A DNA stretch of 54,253 nucleotides from a virus (Duplodnaviria; Caudoviricetes). The position numbers were made by a program, and so were the translations under genes. Below the pieces are notes generated by a model. That model was not told the origin of the DNA, did no database searches, and worked only from the letters and a program-made list of their open reading frames with translations. This document shows positions 18,807-28,787 of the stretch, one piece after another; the stretch's first letter is position 1, and every line of letters begins with the position of its first letter. The stretch spans positions 1-54,253 of the IMG/VR virus record IMGVR_UViG_3300017589_000044; one strand, given 5' to 3'.

Positions 18807-20408
18807 TTGAAAGATAACGAAGAAAATGTAAACTACTCTCATGATGTTGAGTTGAATATGTATGAAGATATAAATATGTCTAATTATTATTCTAGTATTT
18901 TTGATCACTATACAGAGGCACAATTAAAAGAATATGTATCAAGACCAATGTTATATCATAATCAGTTAATGAAAATATCTGAAAAAATGTATAACAAAAA
19001 TGGCGTATACGGACAAACTATTGCAAAAATGGTTTCCTCCCCTACTCTCGATTACATAGCTATGCCAAATGGAAATATATCTAAAGCTAAAGTAAATATT
19101 GATAAAATAAATAATATTATGAACCATAAATTAAATCATAAACTATCAACTCGTGATTGTCTTCATAATGATTTGCTATGTGGTGAATACGTTGCGATAT
19201 TGCGTGACACAAAAGCAAAAAGAATGCCAAGTTCTAATCAATATACAACTTCTGAAAAAATAGAAGGATTATCTCGTACAGATAATATGATGTTGCAACC
19301 TTTAGATTTAGAATATGTTAGATTTGAAGGATTTGCAAATGGAGATTATATTTGTTCTTTTGATATGTCATACTTTGACAAATTTGCTGGAAATGGATTG
19401 GTTGGAGAGATTAAAAATTACCCTACTAACTTCATTAGAGGTTATACAGAGTACAAAAAAGATTCTAGTAAAAAATGGTTAATATTAGATCAAAAATCAA
19501 CATTTGCACATAAATATAGGTCTTCAATTTTGGAATCTCATGGAAGAATGTTAGGTCTATTCGCCCTACTTGATATTATGTTTTCTGAAGATTATACAAA
19601 TTCTCAAAGAAGTAATATGCGTGATAGTAGCTCAAATATTAGATGGATGGAATTGCCAGAAGGTGAAAAAACTGGTTCTTGTTCTTTGAATAAAGACCAA
19701 CAAAATAATCAATATGCTGCATTCAAAAAAGCAGTAAATGTAAATGATGAAAATAAAGTTAATCAAATAGGTAAAACTACGACTTTAAAATTAGCTCCTA
19801 ACACAAAAGTTGGAAAATTAGAAGCAGGAGATACTTTTCTTAAAGACACTTTGACACAAGAGAATAATGAGTGTATCAGTACATCTTTAGGATTAGCAAT
19901 ATCAGCATTAAATGGTGGAGGATCAGGAGCAAGCTATTCCACATTATCCGTAAACATTGACCTTATGTTGGCTGAAGTATTTCAAATGCTAGAACAGATT
20001 CAATGGCAGTACACAAAAATTATAAATAATTATCTTGAAATACCAGAAGAAGAATGGATAGATATTGTTTATTTAAAAACTTCTACTTTGAATCAAGAAA
20101 AAGCATTTACAACTGCAAAAGATTTATACACTCTGGCAGGTGGTAGCAGAATATATTTATATGCCGTTGGTACAGGAGATTCTAACACATATTTAAGATT
20201 AATGGAATTAGAAAAAGAATTAGATTATGATAATGTATTCTTAGCACACCCTACTTCTTATACTTTGTCAGATTCAGCAGATAAACCTAATCCAGATGGA
20301 AATATTGGTGGTAGACCTGAATCGAAAATTTCTGATTTAACTGATTCAGGATTACAAACAAGAACAAACGGTGGAAATGAAATGAAAAAACCTTCTGCAA
20401 AAAATTAG
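18807..20408 (+). CDS. Portal protein (YonE-like)
   Basis: RBS AAAGGAGGT and TTG 18807; follows terL; C-terminal GGRP motif. Confidence 0.8.
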   Translation: MKDNEENVNYSHDVELNMYEDINMSNYYSSIFDHYTEAQLKEYVSRPMLYHNQLMKISEKMYNKNGVYGQTIAKMVSSPTLDYIAMPNGNISKAKVNIDKINNIMNHKLNHKLSTRDCLHNDLLCGEYVAILRDTKAKRMPSSNQYTTSEKIEGLSRTDNMMLQPLDLEYVRFEGFANGDYICSFDMSYFDKFAGNGLVGEIKNYPTNFIRGYTEYKKDSSKKWLILDQKSTFAHKYRSSILESHGRMLGLFALLDIMFSEDYTNSQRSNMRDSSSNIRWMELPEGEKTGSCSLNKDQQNNQYAAFKKAVNVNDENKVNQIGKTTTLKLAPNTKVGKLEAGDTFLKDTLTQENNECISTSLGLAISALNGGGSGASYSTLSVNIDLMLAEVFQMLEQIQWQYTKIINNYLEIPEEEWIDIVYLKTSTLNQEKAFTTAKDLYTLAGGSRIYLYAVGTGDSNTYLRLMELEKELDYDNVFLAHPTSYTLSDSADKPNPDGNIGGRPESKISDLTDSGLQTRTNGGNEMKKPSAKN

Positions 20409-20422
20409 AAAGGAGGTGAAAA

Positions 20423-21679
20423 ATGTTTAAAGATATTGAGATTAATGAAATAACAGAAGACAAAAAAGCTGGAAGAATGAATATTACAATGTCGGCTTTG
20501 ACAATAAATAGCCGAGGTGAATGGAATAAACGAGGTATGACTTGGCTAGAAAACTACGTCATGGATAATATTGATTCGATAATTGGTGCGCCATTTGTTG
20601 TATCTTGGATGGTAGACAAAGAAATCCCTAGTTCTCATGGTACTTTAGAATATGACGAAAATGGAGAATGTGTATTTTATGATTCAGACACAGTAGGTTC
20701 TATTCAGAAAGCATATTTAAAAGATGTCGAAATTGACGGGGTTACAAGTAAAAAATTGATTGTGGAAGGATATCTCTATAAACAGAGGTATCCTTTATTT
20801 TGTAATTGGCTTAAAGGACAGGTCGATAATAATGAACACATAAAAGGTTCTGTTGAAGCAAATGGAAAAGGTGATTCTAAAAATATCATTTATGAAGATG
20901 GAGATGGTCATAATCCAGATGGTTCTTGGACATTCGGGAGAATCCCAAAAGTGCTAGACTTTTCTGCGTTAGCAATTTTGTATCTAGTACCACCAGCAGA
21001 TGATGGTTCTGAAATAATTGAATTGAATGCCTTACAAAACACTAAATCAACTGAAATTAAAAAATCAGATGATATAAATGACAACGAAGAAATTGATGAA
21101 AAGAAGGAGGAAGAAAGTATGGCAGAAAAAAATAACGATGCTTCTATTGTTGAATTAAACAATCTAATTGCATCTCAGACAACAGAAATTAATGCTTTAA
21201 AAACAACAGCAGCAGAAAAGGAAGCTGAATTAAATGCTTTGAAAGAAGAATTGAATCAGTTCAAAACAAAAGAAACAGAAATCAATAGTTTGTTGGTGGA
21301 AGCGAATAAAACAATTGAATCACACAAAACACAGATTGCAGAATTAAACACAGAGGTTGAACCTTTAAGAGAAATGAAAGTAAATGCAGAAAAAGAAAAA
21401 TGTAAAGCAGAAGTAAATTCTTATTTTGAATCAATTAAAACAGAAAATGGATTTAATGAAGTAGAAATTAATTCCTTAAAAGGTTTTGTTGAAAAATGTG
21501 ATATTACAGGATTAAAACAAGAAGAAGCTAAATTATGTGTGTCTAAATTAAAAGCATTAAAAACACTATCCAAAGCAAATGTTGAGGTCAATTCCAACGA
21601 AGACACTTTATTCTTTTCAATGAAAGTAGAAAATGTGGAAACAAATAGTGCAACTGATGGAACTGAATTGTTTCAGTAA
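20423..21679 (+). CDS. Prohead protease-scaffold (YonD-like)
   Basis: WNKRG, HG, GYLYKQRYP, GSVE N-terminal domain plus coiled-coil C-terminus; between portal and capsid. Confidence 0.75.
   Translation: MFKDIEINEITEDKKAGRMNITMSALTINSRGEWNKRGMTWLENYVMDNIDSIIGAPFVVSWMVDKEIPSSHGTLEYDENGECVFYDSDTVGSIQKAYLKDVEIDGVTSKKLIVEGYLYKQRYPLFCNWLKGQVDNNEHIKGSVEANGKGDSKNIIYEDGDGHNPDGSWTFGRIPKVLDFSALAILYLVPPADDGSEIIELNALQNTKSTEIKKSDDINDNEEIDEKKEEESMAEKNNDASIVELNNLIASQTTEINALKTTAAEKEAELNALKEELNQFKTKETEINSLLVEANKTIESHKTQIAELNTEVEPLREMKVNAEKEKCKAEVNSYFESIKTENGFNEVEINSLKGFVEKCDITGLKQEEAKLCVSKLKALKTLSKANVEVNSNEDTLFFSMKVENVETNSATDGTELFQ
21119..21679 (+). CDS. Nested in-frame scaffolding protein (internal start)
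   Basis: AAGGAGG at 21104-21110, 8 nt before in-frame ATG 21119. Confidence 0.6.
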   Translation: MAEKNNDASIVELNNLIASQTTEINALKTTAAEKEAELNALKEELNQFKTKETEINSLLVEANKTIESHKTQIAELNTEVEPLREMKVNAEKEKCKAEVNSYFESIKTENGFNEVEINSLKGFVEKCDITGLKQEEAKLCVSKLKALKTLSKANVEVNSNEDTLFFSMKVENVETNSATDGTELFQ

Positions 21680-21700
21680 TTAGAGAGGAGATATAAAAAT

Positions 21701-22180
21701 ATGTCTAAAGTTAAATTTCAGAATTACAGCGGAATTAAAAATGAACAGCATACACCCAGAGCTGTTGCTCAGTCTGATTTAAAGAATGGTTATGTAGTAG
21801 TAAGAGGATTTGATGCAACAGGTAAAGAAACAGCAACAGTTCCGACAACCGATGCTCTTGCCAAAGGCGAGTTATGGTTTGTTGATAATGTAATGGATAC
21901 ACCAGAACTTGATAATTACGATGATTTCGTAGTTAAATCTGGTAAGTTTGCACGATTATTCAACTTTGAAAATGCAAAACAAGAAATTTTAGAAGTTTCT
22001 GGTGATTTGGTGACTGGTAGTCTAGTTGTTGGTGATGTAATGATTGCGGATATCACTGCTGGTAAACAAGGAATGTATAAAAAAGTTACAACTGAAACTG
22101 AATACAAAGTTGCTCTTAAAATTACAGGATTAAACAACATTGGTGGAAAAGGTTATGATGTAGTAGTTACATCTATCTAA
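21701..22180 (+). CDS. Head decoration/minor capsid protein (YonC-like)
   Basis: Position between scaffold and major capsid; RBS GAGGAG. Confidence 0.6.
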   Translation: MSKVKFQNYSGIKNEQHTPRAVAQSDLKNGYVVVRGFDATGKETATVPTTDALAKGELWFVDNVMDTPELDNYDDFVVKSGKFARLFNFENAKQEILEVSGDLVTGSLVVGDVMIADITAGKQGMYKKVTTETEYKVALKITGLNNIGGKGYDVVVTSI

Positions 22181-22199
22181 TCGGAAGGAGAATTATAAT

Positions 22200-23294
22200 A
22201 TGAATACACTTGATTTTGAAAAGGTTCAGGCTAATGCTGAATTAAATAGTTTACAAAAAGCAATCAGCACAAAAAATGAGGGAGTTGAAATTTTCTCTGC
22301 AATCTGTTCTGGAGCAGATACTTCTAAATATGGTGGAAAAGTAGATAAAGTAAAAAATTATATTAAAGCAAAAGGTGTTTCTGCTGCTAATGGTGATGTT
22401 AAAGCACAGGCTGAATTGAACGCAATTAGAACAGAAATGATTGAAGCTCCATTACTTAAAAGACTAAATATCTTTGACCTTATGGGTAATAAAATTACAG
22501 TTGGATATGACGAAGTAATCAAATATAAAGTATATGAATTACAGGGTAAAATGTCTGGAGAACAAGCAATTAGTGGTTCTTTCCCATTTGCAACTTACGG
22601 ATACAAAACAAGAACTATGGAAACAGGTAATATTACTGGTGGTCTTTTAATTGACCATAGAGAATTTGCTAATGGTAATACAGACGCTATTCAGTCTATG
22701 AATGAACAAGTTATTACCGACATGACAAATAAAACATTTTATAAAGTTCAAAAGGCTTTATACACTGGCATTAAAGCTGCTGTCATTAAAAACTTTTCTG
22801 AAGCTAGTGGAATTACAAAAACTTCAGTTGATGCAATGTTGAAAAAAGCTAGACGTTTTGGGCAAGTAAATTTAACTGGTGATTTTTCTGTTGTTTCTCA
22901 GTTAGAAGAATTTACTGGGTTTAACACAAGCACTACTACTAAACAGTTTTCTGAAGCTGTCATGGAAGAAATTAGAAAAACAGGATTACTTAGAACTTAT
23001 AAGGGTTCAAATGTAGTAGAAATGCCAAATAGCTACAATTACACCAAAATGAATACTGCTGGAGATTTTTATGATACATATTTACCAGAAGGTTTATTGT
23101 ACGGCTTAATTGCTGGAGAAATGTCCCCTCTTCAGATTGGATTCAAAGGTGGATTACAGTCTATGGCTGGTCAGGATATTAATCTTAGAGCGGATGTTCT
23201 TAGATACGATTTAGAAGTTGGAACAGCTTTTATTGACGAATATGCTCCTAGAGTCGGTCTGGTTTCTGATACAAATTATTCTGTGGATAAATAA
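22200..23294 (+). CDS. Major capsid protein
   Basis: 364 aa; synteny; strong RBS; hairpin downstream. Confidence 0.8.
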   Translation: MNTLDFEKVQANAELNSLQKAISTKNEGVEIFSAICSGADTSKYGGKVDKVKNYIKAKGVSAANGDVKAQAELNAIRTEMIEAPLLKRLNIFDLMGNKITVGYDEVIKYKVYELQGKMSGEQAISGSFPFATYGYKTRTMETGNITGGLLIDHREFANGNTDAIQSMNEQVITDMTNKTFYKVQKALYTGIKAAVIKNFSEASGITKTSVDAMLKKARRFGQVNLTGDFSVVSQLEEFTGFNTSTTTKQFSEAVMEEIRKTGLLRTYKGSNVVEMPNSYNYTKMNTAGDFYDTYLPEGLLYGLIAGEMSPLQIGFKGGLQSMAGQDINLRADVLRYDLEVGTAFIDEYAPRVGLVSDTNYSVDK

Positions 23295-23309
23295 AAAACT
23301 AATCAAATG

Positions 23310-23336
23310 ATGAGGGTGGATTTATTCTGCCCTCAT
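23310..23336 (+). terminator. Hairpin after the capsid gene (terminator or stabiliser)
   Basis: ATGAGGGTGGA...TCTGCCCTCAT. Confidence 0.5.
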
Positions 23337-23366
23337 TGTATTCCCAGTTAATATATGGAGGTATTT

Positions 23367-23693
23367 ATGGCAACAGGAGATAAAACATACGTGGTAGAAA
23401 AAGTAGAAAATGAAAAAACACTAAATGTTGAAAATGCAGAACAGTTAAAAGAAAAAGTGAGTGATGTTGAAATTTTTGGTAATCCAGATACATTCACTCT
23501 TCTATGCAAAGCTAGTTCTCAAAAAGAAGGATGGATGAAATCGACTAAAGTGTGTAATGTGGCAGGTGGATGTCTCGTTCAAGTTTCCACTAAACAGAAA
23601 AACAAAGATGAAAGTTATGCTGTTGCAGAAGCTCTTACTTTTGTTGGTGGAGTTAAAATTGATAAAGAAAAAAGAGAATTAGTTAGAATTTAA
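23367..23693 (+). CDS. Conserved hypothetical phage protein
   Basis: RBS GGAGG; LLCKASSQKEGWMKSTK...GGCLVQVST motif. Confidence 0.75.
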   Translation: MATGDKTYVVEKVENEKTLNVENAEQLKEKVSDVEIFGNPDTFTLLCKASSQKEGWMKSTKVCNVAGGCLVQVSTKQKNKDESYAVAEALTFVGGVKIDKEKRELVRI

Positions 23694-23722
23694 TTATACA
23701 AAGGTTAAAATGGAGGGTTAGT

Positions 23723-24181
23723 ATGTCTTTAGATATGGATAAACGGTCAAAGGTTGTTAATTTATGCCCATGGGCTATTTCTTTTATTCTGCCAAATTCA
23801 AAAGCGGAAGTTATGTTGGAAGACAATAAAACTACAACTATTAATAATGCTGAATTGGTTTCACTTGCAGATAATCAGAATGTAATGTTTTGTGGTACGG
23901 GAAATGGTTCTCATTCAAGAGTTTATGTAGAAAACGAAGAATATAGAAAACACGTTGGGTTTGATGATCCAGAAAACAAAGTAAAACAATTTGTGTTAAA
24001 TGATGAAGAATGCGAAAAGATTTTATTATTAAAAACGAATTCTGCTTTTGAAAAAAACGTAAAAGAAAAAGTATTATTTTTACATGAGAAAGCAAAGTTT
24101 GTTAACTATTGTAGAAAGAATAAATTGAACGATTATGGCAGGATTAAATTTTTAGAAGAATATACAAATACAAAATTCTAA
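23723..24181 (+). CDS. Virion morphogenesis protein (YonA-like)
   Basis: RBS GGAGG; synteny. Confidence 0.6.
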   Translation: MSLDMDKRSKVVNLCPWAISFILPNSKAEVMLEDNKTTTINNAELVSLADNQNVMFCGTGNGSHSRVYVENEEYRKHVGFDDPENKVKQFVLNDEECEKILLLKTNSAFEKNVKEKVLFLHEKAKFVNYCRKNKLNDYGRIKFLEEYTNTKF

Positions 24182-24197
24182 CGGAGGTGTTTATTAA

Positions 24198-24617
24198 ATG
24201 GATACAACGAATATACAAGAAGTAATTGATTCATTTTTAATCAAACTCCCTACCGTAGATTTTACAGGAAAAGAAAATATGATTTTTCAGTTATTTAAAA
24301 CTGCTGTTGCAAAATGTTCTAGGAAACCATATGATTCTTTGGAATATTTTTATGATACAGCAATCAAAGAAGGATACTTCCTTAATAAAATACATGACGA
24401 CAGTATTGAGTTAGTTTCTATGTATATGTTAAAAGAATACTACATACGAGAATTTGACTTAACAACGAGTAGACTAAAATACTTAGGTACTCAAGCGTTT
24501 AACAAAATACCATCCAGTAAGGAAAACTTTGATGCTGTTTCAGACAAACTAAAAAATTTGAATGATGAAATTGCCACCTTTGAGATGAATCTACCAGACT
24601 ATTCAGATGAAAGGTAG
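24198..24617 (+). CDS. Head-tail adaptor
   Basis: 139 aa, helical; synteny after the capsid genes. Confidence 0.55.
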   Translation: MDTTNIQEVIDSFLIKLPTVDFTGKENMIFQLFKTAVAKCSRKPYDSLEYFYDTAIKEGYFLNKIHDDSIELVSMYMLKEYYIREFDLTTSRLKYLGTQAFNKIPSSKENFDAVSDKLKNLNDEIATFEMNLPDYSDER

Positions 24618-24625
24618 TGATAAAA

Positions 24626-24856
24626 TTGAAAGATAATGTGATTATAAAAACTCCAAACTATGAAATATGTTTTTCTGATTTATGCGATAAAGAGTCTAAA
24701 AAAATCAATAATCTGTTAAGACAAATGGAACAGGAATTTTGCACAGATATGAATAATCATCAATCTTTAAGACATGAAATTTTAGATATTTCAAACTTTA
24801 TTAAAAGACTACCATCTATGATTAGTGAGGTGGTAAAAGATGAACATCAGAAATGA
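24626..24856 (+). CDS. Small hypothetical protein
   Basis: RBS AAAGGT with TTG 24626; ILDISNFIKRLP. Confidence 0.6.
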   Translation: MKDNVIIKTPNYEICFSDLCDKESKKINNLLRQMEQEFCTDMNNHQSLRHEILDISNFIKRLPSMISEVVKDEHQK

Positions 24857-25838
24857 GTGGAACGAAAACACTAGTATAGAGAGTGAATTTTACACCAAAG
24901 AAGAAACCATTTCAGAAGTAGTTGAAAACTTCAATCTAAGAAGAAATTATAGTGCGGAAGGAAAAGATGTAAAAATAAACGGTGTGTCTGAAAAGTGTTT
25001 AGTTCAAACATCATCTAATCCACTAAATCAACTTGATGATAATAGGAAGTTACATTGCCCTATTGGTATGGTTGTGAGTTCTGGAAATTATGTTGAATAT
25101 GAAAATAACATATGGATGATAAATACAAATATTATAAATGTAGACGATGCTTATTATACGACCAGAATGAGTTTATGTAAATATCTATTAAAATGGCAAA
25201 ACGAATCTAATCAAACCATCGAAAGATATATTGTTCTCAATGGAAAAGATAATACGAATGGTGAAAAAGATGATAAAGAATTTGTCATCAGTGAAAATCA
25301 ACTTTCAATTTTAATACCATTCGACACAGATACAGTTGAATTAAAAGAAGGAAAAAGATTTTTCGTAGATAATAACCCTGTCAAAAAATCAGTTTACCGT
25401 TTGACAAAAATTGATAACACTTCTCATGTTTTAAATGGGAAAGGATATATCTCTCTTGTTGTTACCAAAGACCAATTCAACGATTCTGTTGATAGATCAG
25501 ATTTGGAATTATGTGACTATACTATTCCATCACATATTACCCCTATTCCTACGGAAAATCATATCAAATTGGACTTTAAAACGACTAACTTGTATGTTGG
25601 GGGCAATTATAAGACAGTCACAGCAACAGTCGTAAATACCGATGGAAACGTAGTTTTAACAAGTGGATTTACTTGGGAAGTTACAAGTGACATTAGTACA
25701 AAAATAGTTACATCAATTGACGAGAATGTATTTAAAATTAAAGTGATAGAAGATATGGATATTATTGGAAAAGTAATTGTCGTTACTGCTAAAAATGGAA
25801 CATATGAAGAACAACTTAAATTTGAAGTCAAGGGGTGA
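24840..25838 (+). CDS. Head-closure/neck protein with C-terminal Ig-like domain
   Basis: Synteny; beta-rich C-terminus (FTWEVTS). Confidence 0.6.
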   Translation: MNIRNEWNENTSIESEFYTKEETISEVVENFNLRRNYSAEGKDVKINGVSEKCLVQTSSNPLNQLDDNRKLHCPIGMVVSSGNYVEYENNIWMINTNIINVDDAYYTTRMSLCKYLLKWQNESNQTIERYIVLNGKDNTNGEKDDKEFVISENQLSILIPFDTDTVELKEGKRFFVDNNPVKKSVYRLTKIDNTSHVLNGKGYISLVVTKDQFNDSVDRSDLELCDYTIPSHITPIPTENHIKLDFKTTNLYVGGNYKTVTATVVNTDGNVVLTSGFTWEVTSDISTKIVTSIDENVFKIKVIEDMDIIGKVIVVTAKNGTYEEQLKFEVKG

Positions 25839-26314
25839 TGATAATAGGTTCAGTAAAAGAATTAGGGCAATATAAAATAAAAATATCTTCTGCATTAAGA
25901 AAATCAGATAACATTAAAGAGATATTACTAGGGGTTGGATACGATGAAGAAACAGCAGAAGATGATTTAAAAGAATATATAATTAATCATCTATACGATG
26001 ATGATGTTATCACAGAAACTAAGACGTACATACTTTTTGATGTTGACATGGATAATATGCGACCAAATACAAAGGATTGTAATGTTTTTATGAAATTTAT
26101 TTGTCACAAAAGTATTCTCGATAACTACCGAAAAGATGGATATTACGGAAACAGAACTGATATTTTAACGCAAATGGTAGAAGAGATTATGACAGACGAA
26201 GAGATAGAAGAAAAATTTGGTATTGGAGACATTCAGTTTCGTAAAGTTGGAATTTATGATACGAAAACTATGTATGGTAGGATTGCAAAATTATCTGTTC
26301 CAAATTTCCGATAG
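25835..26314 (+). CDS. Tail terminator-like protein
   Basis: Synteny; NRTDILTQMVEEIM...FGIG. Confidence 0.55.
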   Translation: MMIIGSVKELGQYKIKISSALRKSDNIKEILLGVGYDEETAEDDLKEYIINHLYDDDVITETKTYILFDVDMDNMRPNTKDCNVFMKFICHKSILDNYRKDGYYGNRTDILTQMVEEIMTDEEIEEKFGIGDIQFRKVGIYDTKTMYGRIAKLSVPNFR

Positions 26315-26325
26315 TTGGTGAGTAT

Positions 26326-27159
26326 ATGAAATTGGACTACTTCACCTTACTCTGCTTTGAGGCATACGAGATTGAAGGAGTTGCAAGTGTTAAATCTCCT
26401 ACTCTCAGAGAAATATCAAAATTAAAATTTAAGTTTGACGAATATCAGAGCTACTTATTCTATCTGTCATTAACCATTGAATCTTATTACAAAATCGTGA
26501 TGGACAGTAAAACAGATTACTTCAAAGGATATAATCCAGAAGACAAATTAAAAGTGTTGAATATAAAAAATGAATACGATTCATTTACAGACGAAGAAAA
26601 AAACGAAACAAAATTTTTCGATATTTTGATATATGACAAACATTTATTTGATAATGTTCAAATGGCATTATCTTTTTTTATTTCAGATAGTATATGTTTT
26701 TCTGCAAAAGAACATTGTATTCAAACATTTAACGGAATTAAATCAGAAGATGGAAAACTTATTTTAACTGGTGTTATTTCCAGATTAAATTACGATTATC
26801 TGACAGATATTATTTTACAAAGGGTAGGAATTGATAAAAGTAAGAAAAAAGAAGAGGAAATTCCAATATTTAAAAATGCTAAAGCCGAAGAAAGATATAG
26901 GATAATACATGAAGATGATGATATTGAAGAAAAGAAAATAAATGAAACAATGAGTATCCCAAATCTATTATCATCTCTCGCAAGTAGAGATTCAAGTTTA
27001 AATATTATAAATATATGGGATATTACAGTTTTTCAGTTATATGACCAGTGTAAAAGAAAAGGTCAGAATAATGTTTTCGATATAGAATCATCCAGTGTTG
27101 CGACTTATGGCAATAGCGAAAATAAGTTTGATTTAGAAAGTTGGCACAAACCAATATGA
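26326..27159 (+). CDS. Tail assembly protein (YomV-like)
   Basis: PTLREI...IWDITVFQLYD; synteny before the tail tube. Confidence 0.55.
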   Translation: MKLDYFTLLCFEAYEIEGVASVKSPTLREISKLKFKFDEYQSYLFYLSLTIESYYKIVMDSKTDYFKGYNPEDKLKVLNIKNEYDSFTDEEKNETKFFDILIYDKHLFDNVQMALSFFISDSICFSAKEHCIQTFNGIKSEDGKLILTGVISRLNYDYLTDIILQRVGIDKSKKKEEEIPIFKNAKAEERYRIIHEDDDIEEKKINETMSIPNLLSSLASRDSSLNIINIWDITVFQLYDQCKRKGQNNVFDIESSSVATYGNSENKFDLESWHKPI

Positions 27160-27226
27160 GTTAACGAAAAGTGTTGTCATTGATGATGCTTTTTTATTTT
27201 ATAAAAATACAAGGAGGAATTAAAAA

Positions 27227-27961
27227 ATGGCAGAATTAAATAAATCCATTAGAAAATGCTCAAAAGTTGATATTAGAGAGTTAGCAACAAAAAAGCCTTT
27301 TATTGACTTTCCAAAAGCAAATGTAGTAACACCTAGTTTTACATCTGATTCAGTATTTGCAATGGCTGACGGAGCAAAAGCACACGCATACTCCAATCCA
27401 ATTGACGGGACATTGACGATTGAAGCGCAGATTGTACCATTTAAACTTTATTCTTTGATGAGTGATGGAACTGTTGCAACAGATAGTATCAAATCAATTC
27501 ATACAACAATTACTTGTGCTGCCGCAGGAGTATTGACATTCCTTGATCCAACAGGAATCAAAGAAGGAACTGTTTATGTTTATAAAAAAGGTGAATACGG
27601 CGAAATCCCAATTATTGGCACGTTTGCATCCCCTACTTTTACTGCGACAGCTCCAGCAGATATCGCAGTGGGATTAGAATATGAAGTTGCTTACATCATT
27701 ACAAAAACTTCTGGTGTAAGACGAATTTCATTTGATGAAGCTCATTTGGTAAAAGATTACTTCATTACATTAGAGACGGCTGAAAAAGATGACGTTGGCG
27801 TTATCATTCCGTTGGATATCATTTGTTATAAATGTACTCCTAAGAGAACATTTGAAATAGCAACATCCAGTGAAGGTGATCCAGTTACAGTAAAACTTGA
27901 ATTCGATATCTTGACAGATGCAGATGGAAAAGTAGTAGACATGATCGAAAACATTGAATAA
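27227..27961 (+). CDS. Major tail tube protein
   Basis: RBS AAGGAGG; C-terminal SSEGDPVTVKLEFDIL motif. Confidence 0.75.
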   Translation: MAELNKSIRKCSKVDIRELATKKPFIDFPKANVVTPSFTSDSVFAMADGAKAHAYSNPIDGTLTIEAQIVPFKLYSLMSDGTVATDSIKSIHTTITCAAAGVLTFLDPTGIKEGTVYVYKKGEYGEIPIIGTFASPTFTATAPADIAVGLEYEVAYIITKTSGVRRISFDEAHLVKDYFITLETAEKDDVGVIIPLDIICYKCTPKRTFEIATSSEGDPVTVKLEFDILTDADGKVVDMIENIE

Positions 27962-27973
27962 AGAGGTGATGGT

Positions 27974-28198
27974 TTGATTAAAAAATGTAATGTAGTTTTA
28001 CATAATGAAGCAGTTATGGTTATTGATTTTGAAGGTAAGAAAATCCAAATGCCATCAGTTAAATGTGATACACAAGATGTTTTTGTTGAATTTAAAGACA
28101 ATAAATATTCTTTAGTAACTGAAAATGAATATGCAGATTATACCGCTAAACCAGAAAAGAAACAAAAGGAAATGCCAAAAGTTAAAATAGTAGAATAA
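27974..28198 (+). CDS. Small hypothetical protein
   Basis: RBS GAGGTG and TTG; followed by hairpin GGGGATAGT/ACTGTCCCC. Confidence 0.65.
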   Translation: MIKKCNVVLHNEAVMVIDFEGKKIQMPSVKCDTQDVFVEFKDNKYSLVTENEYADYTAKPEKKQKEMPKVKIVE

Positions 28199-28388
28199 AA
28201 ATATCAATATGGGGATAGTCGTGTTACTGTCCCCTACTATTTTAAAATGAATATTGGTGTTTAGTAGATTTATATCAATGTTCAATAATTTGAGTATTAA
28301 TATAAGTCCATTTTTTTACGGTAACACAAGTTAAAATGAATGTTTTATTCTATAAGAAAATTATTCAAATTAGAAAGGAGTGATTTTA

Positions 28389-28586
28389 ATTAACTACGAT
28401 TACAAATGTAATAATTTTAAATGTAAAAATTTCAATCAGATTACTACAATTACTAAACCAATGGCTGATTGTGTAAGGGTAGAAATTTGTAAATACTGCG
28501 GTGGAATATTAGATAGAACAATTGAAAGTTTCGGTTCTAGTTATCAAGTAAACTGTACAGGGTTTTATGGGAAGAAAAGCGTGTAA
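28389..28586 (+). CDS. FmdB-like Zn-ribbon protein
   Basis: YDYKC....C...CKYCG...GFY; RBS GAAAGGAG suggests ATT start 28389. Confidence 0.7.
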   Translation: MNYDYKCNNFKCKNFNQITTITKPMADCVRVEICKYCGGILDRTIESFGSSYQVNCTGFYGKKSV

Positions 28587-28680
28587 TTGATGGTAAAAAC
28601 ATCTATTCGAGTATGCAATGACATTCGCATAGGTGCTTTTATTGTACCTGAAATAAGGGTGAAATTCATTGATTTACCCT

Positions 28681-28748
28681 AACAGATAGATAACAGGAGT
28701 AATTGCCCTGTGTGAGTAGGATTTCTCCCCTACCGTCTATCTGTTTTT
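28681..28748 (+). ncRNA. Three-way-junction leader RNA upstream of the antirepressor
   Basis: AACAGATAGA/TCTATCTGTT closing stem; inner ACAGG/CCTGT and GTAGG/CCTAC hairpins; T tail. Confidence 0.5.
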
Positions 28749-28787
28749 ATTGTGGAGAAAATTAAAAATTTAAAGGAGAAATAAATT

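Noticed and set aside
23282-23290. DnaA box TGTGGATAA at the end of the capsid gene
   Set aside because: Single copy in coding sequence (S-V-D-K); probably chance
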